DNA from: Nitrosarchaeum sp.
Lineage (GTDB): Archaea > Thermoproteota > Nitrososphaeria > Nitrososphaerales > Nitrosopumilaceae
Length of the DNA stretch: 64,000 bases
Reading direction: 5' to 3'
Assembly: GCA_023264875.1 (NCBI GenBank)
Contig: JAHFUX010000006.1
Span: forward strand, 1,303-65,302
Shown here piece by piece: positions 37,135 to 47,222 of this stretch. A program made the translations under genes and the position numbers. Under the pieces are notes generated by a model, which saw nothing but the letters and a program-made list of their open reading frames with translations, searched no databases and was not told the origin of the DNA. How positions within the stretch are numbered: position 1 is the first letter of the stretch; the number at the start of each line of letters is the position of its first letter.

Positions 37135-38736
37135 CTATTTTTGGGCTGAAGCTTTTACAAATGCCTCAAATGCCTGTTCTGGATATCCTGGCCTGCTGTT
37201 AAACTCTGGATGAAATTGTACCCCAAGATAGAATTTATGAGATGGAATCTCTAGCATTTCCATTCTTTTGCCCCCATCACTTTCAGCTGAAAATACCAAT
37301 CCATTTTTTTCAAATTCTGGAATGTATTTTTTATTAATCTCATATCTATGTCTGTGTCTTTTACTAATTGTATTTGCATTGTAGATTTTATGCGATATTG
37401 TATTTGGTTTTATTTGGATATCATTTGCGCCAAGCCTTAATGATCCTCCCATGTCTGATATATTTTTCTGCTCTGGAAGTAAATCTACAATTGGATTTTT
37501 AGCATCTGGTTTTATTTCAGTAGAATTTGCATCATCTAACTTCAAAATATTTCTTCCAAATGCAATTGCCGCTAGCTGAAATCCAAAACATATCCCAAGA
37601 TATGGTATATTTTTCTCTCTTGCATAATTTGCAGTTTTTATAATTCCTTCTGAACCTCTTGTTCCAAATCCACCTGGAACTAGTATGCCGTCATATTTTG
37701 ATAAATTATTAAAATCTGTCATTGATTCTGAATCAATCCAATCAATTTCAACTGATTTTCCTAACTTTGCACCTGCATGCTTTAGCGCATGATTTACACT
37801 AACATAACTATCTGCAAGTGTAACGTATTTTCCAACCATTGCAATTCTTACTTTCTGGTCTTCATGATTTACCATAGATTCTGCAATACTATTCCACTTG
37901 TCCCAATTTGCAGATGCATTTACCATTCCAACTTTTCCAAACTTTGTAAATAAGGAATCCATTATTCCCTGATCATACAATATCTGTGGCACTTGAAAAA
38001 TTGATTTTACATCATGACATGATAGTACGTCATTTGCAGTGACATTGGTAAATAATGCAATTTTTTTCTTCGTCTTTTCTTCTAGTGGTGTTGTACATCT
38101 TACTGCCAAAAAATCAGGCTGAATACCAATTCTTCTTAATTCTTGTGCACTGTGCTGTGTTGGTTTTGTTTTTTGCTCTCCTACTACATCCAGTGACGGT
38201 GCAAGTGTAACATGAACAAAAATTACATTTTGTGGTCCTTCTTCGACTCTCATCTGTCTTAGTGCCTCTAAAAATGGTAATGATTCTATGTCTCCTACCG
38301 TACCTCCACATTCTACAATCAAAAAATCAAGTTTTTCTTCTTCGGCAATTTTTCTAATCCTATTTTTGATTTCATCTGTGATGTGAGGAATTATCTGAAC
38401 ACATGCTCCTAGATATTCTCCTTTTCTTTCTGCTTCAATTACTGCTGAATATACTTGAGCTGTAGTAATGTTATGACTTTTTGGAATATTCTGATTTAGA
38501 AATCTCTCATAGTTTCCAATATCCATATCGCATTCGCCACCGTCATCTGTTACAAAGACTTCCCCATGAGCAACTGGATTCATGGTTCCTGCATCATAAT
38601 TCAGATAGGGATCTATTTTGATACAAGACACTTTTTGACCTGCTAATTGTAATAATTTTGCAATCGATGATGTTGTTACACCTTTTCCAAGGCCTGACAT
38701 TACCCCCCCTGTAACAAAAATAAGCTTCGTCTGCAC
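37135..38736 (-). CDS. pyrG: CTP synthase
   Basis: [40 protein letters not shown]; probable GTG start at 38736. Confidence 0.99.
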   Translation of the reverse strand: MQTKLIFVTGGVMSGLGKGVTTSSIAKLLQLAGQKVSCIKIDPYLNYDAGTMNPVAHGEVFVTDDGGECDMDIGNYERFLNQNIPKSHNITTAQVYSAVIEAERKGEYLGACVQIIPHITDEIKNRIRKIAEEEKLDFLIVECGGTVGDIESLPFLEALRQMRVEEGPQNVIFVHVTLAPSLDVVGEQKTKPTQHSAQELRRIGIQPDFLAVRCTTPLEEKTKKKIALFTNVTANDVLSCHDVKSIFQVPQILYDQGIMDSLFTKFGKVGMVNASANWDKWNSIAESMVNHEDQKVRIAMVGKYVTLADSYVSVNHALKHAGAKLGKSVEIDWIDSESMTDFNNLSKYDGILVPGGFGTRGSEGIIKTANYAREKNIPYLGICFGFQLAAIAFGRNILKLDDANSTEIKPDAKNPIVDLLPEQKNISDMGGSLRLGANDIQIKPNTISHKIYNANTISKRHRHRYEINKKYIPEFEKNGLVFSAESDGGKRMEMLEIPSHKFYLGVQFHPEFNSRPGYPEQAFEAFVKASAQK

Positions 38737-38920
38737 ATTAAGAAAACAAGTATCTGGTTTTTGTATGTTTTGCTGATCAGACACCGAAATTATGCGATCT
38801 CTTATTCTAGTGTGGAGATCTTACATGCGTGTGAAATCTCTTATTTTTTTTAACGAGTGTTTGGATTTTTTAACGTGTATTTTTTATTTTACAATACGTA
38901 TCTGTATGCTGAGCACATCT

Positions 38921-38988
38921 AGATAGTGGTCTTTACCTAAAATAGAGTTCTCCCTGGCTTCCCGTCGAAAATAACAGACCACTACTCT
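38921..38988. repeat. Intergenic hairpin A
   Basis: Perfect 9-bp arms TAGTGGTCT (38924-38932) / AGACCACTA (38976-38984) around a 43-nt loop. Confidence 0.6.
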
Positions 38989-38999
38989 TTAACGAACTG

Positions 39000-39284
39000 T
39001 CATAGCTTATCGCTAAATTTGGATTTGAATGCATCCACTCTGCTTTGAGTTTTGTATTCTTCAGGATGTGAATCTTTTCGTGAACGCTTCTCCAACATAT
39101 GTTTGTGTTCTTCTCTGGAATGGTGTAGTCTGTCCTTTTCATGAATGAACTCTTTTTTGCAGTATTGGCAGATTACGATAGTTTTATGATGTTCATGTCT
39201 GACGTGTTTTACCAAGTCATCATGACTGTCAAATTTTGCATCACATTGTGTACAATCATTTTTCTTATTATGGAAAAATCTCAT
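39000..39284 (-). CDS. Tandem C2H2 zinc-finger protein
   Basis: CTQC..KF.....LVKH...EH and CQYC..EF......HH...EH. Confidence 0.85.
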   Translation of the reverse strand: MRFFHNKKNDCTQCDAKFDSHDDLVKHVRHEHHKTIVICQYCKKEFIHEKDRLHHSREEHKHMLEKRSRKDSHPEEYKTQSRVDAFKSKFSDKL

Positions 39285-39442
39285 TATTTTATCAACAAAA
39301 CATGTGTATTTAAATCCCACATCTATTATTCATTTTGAATTTTTAATTGATTTGATCATTGGTTTTATGTAAAATGATTTTGTATGCCCACTCAAAATTT
39401 ACATCGTTATTCAATAATATTACAATTTTTTGGAATTGAATT

Positions 39443-39529
39443 ATGATGATAGAATCTGAATCTTGTAACCATGAATATGTTGCTAATGGCACATTATCAT
39501 GTAGAAAATGTGGTAAAGTTCGTTACTGA
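39443..39529 (+). CDS. 28-aa C-x-H...CxxC micro-protein
   Basis: Manual translation MMIESESCNHEYVANGTLSCRKCGKVRY*. Confidence 0.55.
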   Translation: MMIESESCNHEYVANGTLSCRKCGKVRY

Positions 39530-39551
39530 TTCATTGAATTTTTTAAAACAA

Positions 39552-40355
39552 TCATGTTTGGACGGTTTGTCTTTTAAGACTTTTTGTAAATGCTGCAATA
39601 CTTGATTCAAGTTTGTTTTGAGGTATCTTTTCAATTAGTTTCAAAAATGCACTACCTACAATTACTGCATCAGCTCCTGCTTTGATATATTTTTTGACAT
39701 CCTCAGGAGTTGAAACCCCAAATCCTACACCAACTGGAATCTTTCCCTTGGTAATTTTTTTAACTTCTTTGATTGCATTTAGAGTATAATTTTGAATTCC
39801 TATCTTTACTCCAGTTGTACCATACACTGCAACTAAATACAAAAATCCTGAAGATAATTTTGCTATTCTTTCTATCCTTGATTTTGTTGTGTTTGGAGAT
39901 ACCAAAAATATTGTGTCTGCTGTATTTTTAGCAGATGTAAGATATTCTTTTGATTCTTCAATGGACATGTCTGGAAGAATGAATCCATCAATTCCTGCAT
40001 TTTTAGCCTCTGCAATAAATTTTGAATATCCTTTATGATACAAAATATTGGTATATGTCATTAGAATCAACGGTATGTCAGTTTCTTTTCTAATCTTTTT
40101 TACAATGTTGAAGAATTTGTTGAGTTTAATTCCATTGTCTAAAGATACAGTGCTAGCATTTTGAATTACAGGGCCATCTGCTAGAGGATCTGAAAATGGA
40201 AATCCTAATTCTATAATGTCTGCCCCACCTTTGATTAGTCCTCTGACTACAGATATTGTTGCATTTTCATTTGGATATCCGACCATGATATATGCGATTA
40301 ATGCCTTTTCTTTTTTTGCAGAGAGTTCTGCAAATTTTTCTTTAATTCTTGACAT
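39552..40355 (-). CDS. trpA: Tryptophan synthase alpha chain
   Basis: [18 protein letters not shown]. Confidence 0.98.
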   Translation of the reverse strand: MSRIKEKFAELSAKKEKALIAYIMVGYPNENATISVVRGLIKGGADIIELGFPFSDPLADGPVIQNASTVSLDNGIKLNKFFNIVKKIRKETDIPLILMTYTNILYHKGYSKFIAEAKNAGIDGFILPDMSIEESKEYLTSAKNTADTIFLVSPNTTKSRIERIAKLSSGFLYLVAVYGTTGVKIGIQNYTLNAIKEVKKITKGKIPVGVGFGVSTPEDVKKYIKAGADAVIVGSAFLKLIEKIPQNKLESSIAAFTKSLKRQTVQT

Positions 40356-41532
40356 GTTTGCTCAGATACTTTTGTACTTCTTCTACATCCTTGTCTCCTC
40401 TTCCTGAAAGTGTAACTACAATTGATTCTGATTTTTTACTCTTTTTTGCAACCTTCATTGCTTCAGCTATCGCATGAGCTGACTCTAGTGCTGGAATGAT
40501 TCCTTCAGTTCTAGTCAACATCAAAAATGCATCTATTACTTCGGCATCTGTTGCAGAGTGGTACTTTACTCGCTTAGTATCTTTTAGATAAGAGTGCTCT
40601 GGACCTACACCTGGATAATCTAATCCTGCTGAAATACTGTGCGTTTCTGTGATTTGTCCTTCATCATCTTGCAATAGATATGTCATCATTCCATGAAGCA
40701 CCCCTTTACTGCCAGCTGATAATGTTGCAGAGTGATATTTTGATTTTAATCCTTTACCTGCGGCTTCTACTCCAATAATTTCGGCATTTGTATCAACTAG
40801 TGGATAAAATGTCCCAATTGCATTTGATCCTCCACCAACACATGCAATTACAATATCTGGTGTTTTGTTTGATATTTTTTTCATCTGCACTTTAATTTCT
40901 TCTCCTATCACACTTTGAAAATCTCTTACCATTACGGGATATGGATGAGGACCTACTGCAGAGCCCAGCAAATAATATGTAGATTCTACATTTGTAATCC
41001 AGTCTCTGATTGCCTCATTGATTGCATCTTTGAGAGTTTTTGAGCCCGATTTTACTGGATGAACTTTAGCACCAAGCATATTCATTCTGTAGACATTTAG
41101 CTTTTGTCGTATGGTATCTTTGTATCCCATGTATACTTCGGATTTTATTCCCAAAACAGCACATGCCATTGCAGTAGCTACTCCGTGTTGACCTGCACCT
41201 GTTTCCGCAATGATTCTTTTTTTATTCATTTTTTTTGCAAGTAGTGCTTGACCTAATGTGTTGTTTATTTTGTGAGCTCCTCCATGCAAGAGGTCTTCTC
41301 TTTTTAGATAGATTTTAGCCCCACCGCATTTTTCTGATAAATTTTTTGCATAGTATAATGGAGTTGGCCTTCCTGCATATTGTTTGAGATAATAATCTAA
41401 TTCTTTTTTGAAATCTTTATTGTCTTTGAATTTAAGATAATTTTCTTCTAATTCTTCAATTGCAGGTACTAGTGTCTCTGGAATGTACTTGCCCCCAAAC
41501 TCTCCAAATCTACCGTCTTTAGGATACTTCAA
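40342..41532 (-). CDS. trpB: Tryptophan synthase beta chain
   Basis: [41 protein letters not shown]. Confidence 0.99.
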   Translation of the reverse strand: MKYPKDGRFGEFGGKYIPETLVPAIEELEENYLKFKDNKDFKKELDYYLKQYAGRPTPLYYAKNLSEKCGGAKIYLKREDLLHGGAHKINNTLGQALLAKKMNKKRIIAETGAGQHGVATAMACAVLGIKSEVYMGYKDTIRQKLNVYRMNMLGAKVHPVKSGSKTLKDAINEAIRDWITNVESTYYLLGSAVGPHPYPVMVRDFQSVIGEEIKVQMKKISNKTPDIVIACVGGGSNAIGTFYPLVDTNAEIIGVEAAGKGLKSKYHSATLSAGSKGVLHGMMTYLLQDDEGQITETHSISAGLDYPGVGPEHSYLKDTKRVKYHSATDAEVIDAFLMLTRTEGIIPALESAHAIAEAMKVAKKSKKSESIVVTLSGRGDKDVEEVQKYLSKHVKN

Positions 41533-42308
41533 TATGCATTCACCAATTTTCTGACATGTTCTTCGATATTATCGCTTTTCATTATACTAGATCCTATTAG
41601 AAATGCATCTGTTCCGCACTTTTTTAGATATTGTATATCTCTAGGTGTCTCAATTCCACTCTCGGATAGTATTGGTCTTGTCTTTTTGTATCCTTCTAAT
41701 ACTCTTTCTGTAGTTTTCAGGTCAATCTCCAATGTGTCTAGATTTCTGTTGTTAATTCCAATTAGATCTGATTCTGTTTTTAGTGCATTTTGAAATTCTT
41801 GTTTTGTGTGAACCTCTAGTAAAATTTTCAGCCCCTTTTTGTGACCATATTTGATGAACTCATCGATATCTTTGAGAAATCTTTGATCAAATAATGATTG
41901 AATAACTAACATGTAATCTGCCCCTATTTTTTCTGCAGCATCAATCTGTACCGTATCAATCATGATATCTTTCATCAATAATGGGACATCTACTGCTTGT
42001 CTTACCTGCATAAAGTACTCTGGTGAGCCATTAAACATATGAGGCTGGGTAAGAACAGAGAGTGCTTTAGAGCCTCCTGCAATCATTTGTTTTGCGATAC
42101 TAGCTGGGTCTGATAATGTTCTAATCTTACCCAAAGACGGAGATGAAAATTTTATTTCTGTAAGTAGCGTTGCATGTTTATTTGATTTTATTATTTGTAA
42201 AAAATCCTTGTTTGATTTTTGCAATTTTATATCTATATCATACACTCCGTCATCAATTGCAGTTTGTGAATTCTTTACTAGTTTTCTTAGAATATTTTCA
42301 GTCATCAT
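41529..42308 (-). CDS. trpC: Indole-3-glycerol-phosphate synthase
   Basis: [14 protein letters not shown]...F.GS, LMKD, GINNRNL, SESGI. Confidence 0.97.
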   Translation of the reverse strand: MMTENILRKLVKNSQTAIDDGVYDIDIKLQKSNKDFLQIIKSNKHATLLTEIKFSSPSLGKIRTLSDPASIAKQMIAGGSKALSVLTQPHMFNGSPEYFMQVRQAVDVPLLMKDIMIDTVQIDAAEKIGADYMLVIQSLFDQRFLKDIDEFIKYGHKKGLKILLEVHTKQEFQNALKTESDLIGINNRNLDTLEIDLKTTERVLEGYKKTRPILSESGIETPRDIQYLKKCGTDAFLIGSSIMKSDNIEEHVRKLVNAY

Positions 42309-43345
42309 ACCATCTCCTTTAATTTTGAAATGTCTCCCGTGTCTGCAACAAATCTTTCTAATAGTTTGAATGCTTTTCCATCTTTAATTGTGTTTAATGC
42401 TAACTCAACTCCTTCTTCAAAATTATTTACAATGTTTGCAACAATTAATCCTCCAGCTGCATTAAGAGCTGTTGTTTCTATCATGGCTTGATTTGCAGTA
42501 TTGTTTAACACTCCAACAAATGCCTTTATTGCATCTTCTCTTGTTTTAATTTGAATGTCTCTTAGTGTTGACTTGTGTAGTCCTACTACTTGGGGATCAA
42601 TTGAATTCATCAATACTTTGTCATTTCTTAAAATGCATACTCTGTTTGTTGCACTAGTAGAAAATTCATCCATACCATCATCAGAGCGAACTGTCATGAT
42701 GTTTTCCGCCCCGTTTCTTTTTAGAATCAGCGGTAATCTGTCTAAAAACTCAATAGCTCCAACCCCTATCATTTGATTTTTAACACCAGCTGGATTTGAT
42801 AATGGCCCTAAAAGATTAAATGCTGATCTTTTTCCTAACTGTTTTCTTGCATTTGAGACATGTCTCATTGCCGGATGAAATTTTTGTGCAAACATAAAAC
42901 AAATGTTATGTTTTTCAAGCATGTCTGCAATTCTGTCTGGCTCTGAGTTTAGATCATATCCAAAATATTCAAAAATATCTGCACTTCCAGAAACGCCTGA
43001 ACTCGAACGATTACCATGTTTTGCTACAACTCCTCCTGCGGCTGTTACCAGAAAAGAGGCAGTAGTGGACACATTAAATGTTTGAAGGTTATCCCCCCCA
43101 GTACCGCACATGTCGATTATTTTTCCTTTATTTTTAGGTACAACTTTTAGAGCAAATTCCCGCATTTTATCAAGCATTCCAAGCAGCTCATCATCGGTTT
43201 CACCTTTTTCTGTTAAGCTGGATAGAAAATCTAAGTTTTCTTTGTCATTTGTTTTACCTGATAACATCTCTGTCATGATGTAATTCATCTGATCATATGT
43301 GAGATCTGCTTTTTGTTGTAGCTTTGAAATTAAATCTGAAATCAT
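42305..43345 (-). CDS. trpD: Anthranilate phosphoribosyltransferase
   Basis: DMCGTGGD...FNVST, KHGNRSSS..SGSAD. Confidence 0.98.
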   Translation of the reverse strand: MISDLISKLQQKADLTYDQMNYIMTEMLSGKTNDKENLDFLSSLTEKGETDDELLGMLDKMREFALKVVPKNKGKIIDMCGTGGDNLQTFNVSTTASFLVTAAGGVVAKHGNRSSSGVSGSADIFEYFGYDLNSEPDRIADMLEKHNICFMFAQKFHPAMRHVSNARKQLGKRSAFNLLGPLSNPAGVKNQMIGVGAIEFLDRLPLILKRNGAENIMTVRSDDGMDEFSTSATNRVCILRNDKVLMNSIDPQVVGLHKSTLRDIQIKTREDAIKAFVGVLNNTANQAMIETTALNAAGGLIVANIVNNFEEGVELALNTIKDGKAFKLLERFVADTGDISKLKEMV

Positions 43346-43935
43346 TTTTTGTTTTTCACCTGTTTTATGAAATTTGAGAGGATCTTTTTTCCATCCTCTG
43401 TCATGATTGATTCGGGATGAAACTGTACTCCTTCTATTAGATATTTTTTGTGTCTTATTGCCATTACTTCTCCATCATCAGCTGCAGTAGCTGTCACTTC
43501 TAACACATCTGGAATTATTGTTTTATCTCCAACTAGTGAATGATATCTTGTTGCCCTGAATGGATTTTTGACATCTTTGAATAATTCTGAATTTTTATGC
43601 TCAACTGGACTAGTCTTACCATGTCTTACACAACCTGCATTTGTAACCTTGCCGCCAAATGCCTCAATGATTCCCTGGTGTCCTAAACATACTCCTAATA
43701 TTGGGGTGGTAGGTCCAATGTCTTTTATTACATCGCTACATATTCCAAAATATTTCCTGTCTGCTGGAGTTCCTGGACCTGGTGATATGATTATTGCATT
43801 ATAGTTATTTTGTTTTATCTGTTCTAGTGTTATCTTGTCATTTCTAATGACATCACAATCTACTCCTAGCTCACCCAAGTATTGTGCAATATTGTATACA
43901 AACGAATCATAGTTGTCAATAATTAGAAATTTCAT
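43342..43935 (-). CDS. trpG: Anthranilate synthase component II
   Basis: IDNYDSF, SPGPG.P, GVCLGHQ, RYHSL, QFHPES. Confidence 0.98.
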   Translation of the reverse strand: MKFLIIDNYDSFVYNIAQYLGELGVDCDVIRNDKITLEQIKQNNYNAIIISPGPGTPADRKYFGICSDVIKDIGPTTPILGVCLGHQGIIEAFGGKVTNAGCVRHGKTSPVEHKNSELFKDVKNPFRATRYHSLVGDKTIIPDVLEVTATAADDGEVMAIRHKKYLIEGVQFHPESIMTEDGKKILSNFIKQVKNKK

Positions 43936-45281
43936 TTTGTTGCCTCCCTTAGTGCTTGAAGCATCGCACCAGCTTTATGTTCAGTTTCTTTGAATTCGTT
44001 TTCTGCAACAGAGTCTGAGACAATTCCTGCACCTGATTGCACAAATCCTTTGTTGCCATTTATGAATATACTTCTAATTGCAATTGCAAAATCACAGCAT
44101 CCATTAAATGAAAAATACCCCACTGCCCCTGCATATGGCCCTCTTGCTTCGGTTTCTAATTCATCGATTATCTCCATGGCTCTGACTTTTGGAGCCCCTG
44201 ATACAGTTCCTGCTGGAAATACTGCCTTAAATGCATCAAACATGTCGTTTTCAGGCGCCAAATTACCTACAACATGGGTTACTATATGCTGCACATGACT
44301 GAATCGTTTGATCTGCATTAATTCTTCAGTGTGTACAGTTCCATACTTGCATACTCTACCTATGTCATTTCTTCCCAAATCAACTAACATGGTGTGTTCT
44401 GCTAATTCTTTTTCATCATGGAGTAATTCATCCGCTAACTGTTTGTTTTTTTCCTCATCATCTGTAATTTTTCTAGTTCCTGCAATTGGGAATGTTTCTA
44501 CTTTGTCATTTGTGATTCTTACTAGCATTTCAGGTGATGCTCCTATGATTGTTTTGCTATCTTGTTTTAGATGATACATGTATGGTGATGGATTTAGTCT
44601 TCGTAGTGTTTTGTATAGTGTTAGATTGTCTCCATGTGTATCAAACGTAAACTTTCTAGATAACACCACTTGAAATATATCTCCATCATGAATGTACTGC
44701 TTTGCCTTGTTTACAATATTTGAGAATTTTTCTTGGTTCATATTAGGTACTATTTCAGTTGTTTTAAAATCTCCAAATGAATCATCACTCATTTTAAATT
44801 GTTCAAATCTGTTTTGATCATGATAAAAATAAAATAATTTCCTATGTAGATTATCATATAATATTCCGTCATCGTATATTCCAAACTCCATTAATGGCTG
44901 TGGTGAATCATGAGTATCTGGAATATTTTCTACCAGTCTGATTGCATCATAATTTACAACACCAACTGCACCACCCAGATATCTGTAACTTTGATCTTTT
45001 GATTTTCCTAATAGTTTTTTTAGCTCTTCAAATGGGTCATTTGTTTGAATAGTTTCAGTTTTACCGTCTCTTTTGATTTCTACTTTGTCTGAATATCCTT
45101 TGAGAATTATTTTGGGGTCAAATCCCATTACCGACGTTTCAGCTAGTATTTCTGGACCTGTTAGTGATTCAAAGAGAAATGAATGTGAATAGTTTCTAGA
45201 AATTTTATTGTATATTTGAAATTGATTTTCAGATAACTCTAGTGGTATTACTTTCGGCTGAGAATTTCCAAAGGTGTCCAC
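43932..45281 (-). CDS. trpE: Anthranilate synthase component I
   Basis: GDIFQVVLSR, NPSPYM, KE.AEH.MLVDLGRND, PAGTVSGAPK; probable GTG start at 45281. Confidence 0.98.
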   Translation of the reverse strand: MDTFGNSQPKVIPLELSENQFQIYNKISRNYSHSFLFESLTGPEILAETSVMGFDPKIILKGYSDKVEIKRDGKTETIQTNDPFEELKKLLGKSKDQSYRYLGGAVGVVNYDAIRLVENIPDTHDSPQPLMEFGIYDDGILYDNLHRKLFYFYHDQNRFEQFKMSDDSFGDFKTTEIVPNMNQEKFSNIVNKAKQYIHDGDIFQVVLSRKFTFDTHGDNLTLYKTLRRLNPSPYMYHLKQDSKTIIGASPEMLVRITNDKVETFPIAGTRKITDDEEKNKQLADELLHDEKELAEHTMLVDLGRNDIGRVCKYGTVHTEELMQIKRFSHVQHIVTHVVGNLAPENDMFDAFKAVFPAGTVSGAPKVRAMEIIDELETEARGPYAGAVGYFSFNGCCDFAIAIRSIFINGNKGFVQSGAGIVSDSVAENEFKETEHKAGAMLQALREATK

Positions 45282-45346
45282 CCATAGACAAAATTTTACT
45301 CGTTTATTATTTAAATTGATTAGGTGGAAATTTAGCCACAATCTAT

Positions 45347-45372
45347 TACGGTATGGTACGGTACCTTTATAT
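45347..45372. promoter_or_regulatory. Direct repeat abutting a TATA-like box in the trpE divergent promoter region
   Basis: TACGGTA-TGG-TACGGTA (10-bp period), then CC and TTTATAT. Confidence 0.4.
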
Positions 45373-45393
45373 GATAATTGAACGTATATTTCC

Positions 45394-45588
45394 ATGACCA
45401 TGCAGGGGACAAAATCAACACTGATGCAAGATCTTTACTTCAAAAAAACATCTGAAGTAAAATCAAGTGTATCAGAAGTAGAGTGTTATATTTGCGGTAA
45501 AGGACTGCAAGATGGATATCGTATAACTGCCAAGACACTATCAAATGGAATGGCATTGTTTTGTAATGTACATTATTCCTTACAATGA
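45394..45588 (+). CDS. Small Zn-binding hypothetical protein
   Basis: CYICG...FC..H. Confidence 0.7.
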   Translation: MTMQGTKSTLMQDLYFKKTSEVKSSVSEVECYICGKGLQDGYRITAKTLSNGMALFCNVHYSLQ

Positions 45589-45675
45589 TCATTCAAATGT
45601 ATTTTTAGTTTGTAATTATTGATTCAAATCCCCTTGTAAAAGGCATTTGATATAGTAGTTTGATCAAGATCGTAT

Positions 45676-45756
45676 ATGTCTAGAAATGGCGTGCTGATAA
45701 TACTTGGTGGTATTTTGTTAATTATAATGGGATTGAAGCTAATGGGTGCTTTTTAA
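45676..45756 (+). CDS. 26-aa single-TM micro-protein
   Basis: Manual translation MSRNGVLIILGGILLIIMGLKLMGAF*. Confidence 0.5.
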   Translation: MSRNGVLIILGGILLIIMGLKLMGAF

Positions 45757-45773
45757 TTCTAAATAGTTTGGAA

Positions 45774-45959
45774 CTATCTTAGGGAATTTGAATCTTTTTT
45801 GCAAAATGGGCAAATCAGTGAATTTGTTTTGCGTCCACATGCTATGCACTGCTTTGTATTTCCAGCATGACCTGTCGTATTTGAACTTCGAATTAATTTT
45901 ATTATGATAAAAACAATGACTATCGCGACTCCAACAGTAATGATGATTCCAAGTACCAT
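45774..45959 (-). CDS. Small membrane-anchored Zn-ribbon protein
   Basis: N-terminal TM helix, then CIACG...ICPFC. Confidence 0.7.
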   Translation of the reverse strand: MVLGIIITVGVAIVIVFIIIKLIRSSNTTGHAGNTKQCIACGRKTNSLICPFCKKDSNSLR

Positions 45960-46015
45960 GTTATTTGTGTGCCTTATTACTATTCAAACCTTAGCTAATT
46001 TTTCAAAAATGACGT

Positions 46016-47173
46016 CTAACTCCAAACTTTTTCTTTAAACGTCCATTTTTTATTTAAAATAAAATTGCTAAACGCTGCAGTTGCAACTGCTAATACCAGT
46101 GCAACCGGATAGGACACACTTAGATCATCCACCAAATAATACACCATTCCAATCTGAACTACTGCACCAATAGAGCTAAATCCTGCAAACTTGCCATACT
46201 GAATGGCAGTTATTCTTGCTTTGAAATCTCTATCCTCAAATGTCCAATATTTATTCAAAAAGAAATTGCTAGTAATTGAAAACATGATTCCCAGTATGGT
46301 TGCATGAAGATACCACATGTCCAAACTTGATGTAAACAAAATAGATGTAAGATAATTAATGCCTAGCCCACATGCACCAACTGAAAAGAATCTTGCAGCC
46401 TTTGATACAAATTTGACTGATGATCTTGTTTCCTTTTGTTGCTCTTTCTTTCCATATCTGTAAAGCTTTCCTACTGCATGAATGTATTCTAAAATGATTT
46501 TTGTTCCAAGCTTACTTTTTCCATTTTCTCTATCAGAAAATGTGTATGGAATTTCCTTTATTGATACATCTTTTATCTTTACAATCATCTCCAAGAGAAT
46601 CTTGTAGCCTATTGCATCAAAGTTGATTCCTTTGATTATGTCTTTGTTAAATGCAAAAAATCCTGACATTGGATCAGATTCCTTTATGCCAAGACCTTTC
46701 TTTGCAATAATTGTTGCAATCTTGCTTATCATTTTTCGTTTTATTGACCAACCATGTATTGAACCTCCATTGAGATATCTTGATGCAACAACAATGTCTG
46801 TTTTTGATTGTTTTAATGCATCAACAAGTTTTGGTATGAGTTGTGGAGGATGAGAAAAATCGCTGTCCATTACAACAACTATTTTCCCTTTTGCCTGTTG
46901 TATTCCATTTAATATTGCAGAGCTAAGGCCTTCTCGTGTTTTTCGATTTATTACATTAATGGTATATCTTGTTTTTTCTTTTAATGACTCAAAATAATCT
47001 TCTGCGATTTTACCTGTTCCATCAGGGGAGTTGTCATCTACTACTATTGCTTCCACTATGGTGTTTTTTGGCATGTGCTCTTTGATTAAATGCAGTATTC
47101 CTTTGATATTTTCAGACTCGTTATATGTAGGAATTATTATTGATACTTCTGCATTCATTGTATTTGACAACAC
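46016..47173 (-). CDS. GT2 polyprenol-phosphate mannosyltransferase-like protein with C-terminal GtrA domain
   Basis: IIPTYNE, VDD.SPDGT, MDSDFSHPP, DPMSGFF; GtrA-like TM C-terminus. Confidence 0.92.
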   Translation of the reverse strand: MLSNTMNAEVSIIIPTYNESENIKGILHLIKEHMPKNTIVEAIVVDDNSPDGTGKIAEDYFESLKEKTRYTINVINRKTREGLSSAILNGIQQAKGKIVVVMDSDFSHPPQLIPKLVDALKQSKTDIVVASRYLNGGSIHGWSIKRKMISKIATIIAKKGLGIKESDPMSGFFAFNKDIIKGINFDAIGYKILLEMIVKIKDVSIKEIPYTFSDRENGKSKLGTKIILEYIHAVGKLYRYGKKEQQKETRSSVKFVSKAARFFSVGACGLGINYLTSILFTSSLDMWYLHATILGIMFSITSNFFLNKYWTFEDRDFKARITAIQYGKFAGFSSIGAVVQIGMVYYLVDDLSVSYPVALVLAVATAAFSNFILNKKWTFKEKVWS

Positions 47174-47222
47174 GAATTCACCAGATTTATCTCATATTAA
47201 ATTTTTAAATTGTAAAATTTGA

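Noticed and set aside
38796-38820. GATCTC/GAGATC stem and repeated ATCTCTTATT upstream of pyrG
   Set aside because: Only 6 bp in AT-rich DNA; not distinguishable from chance.
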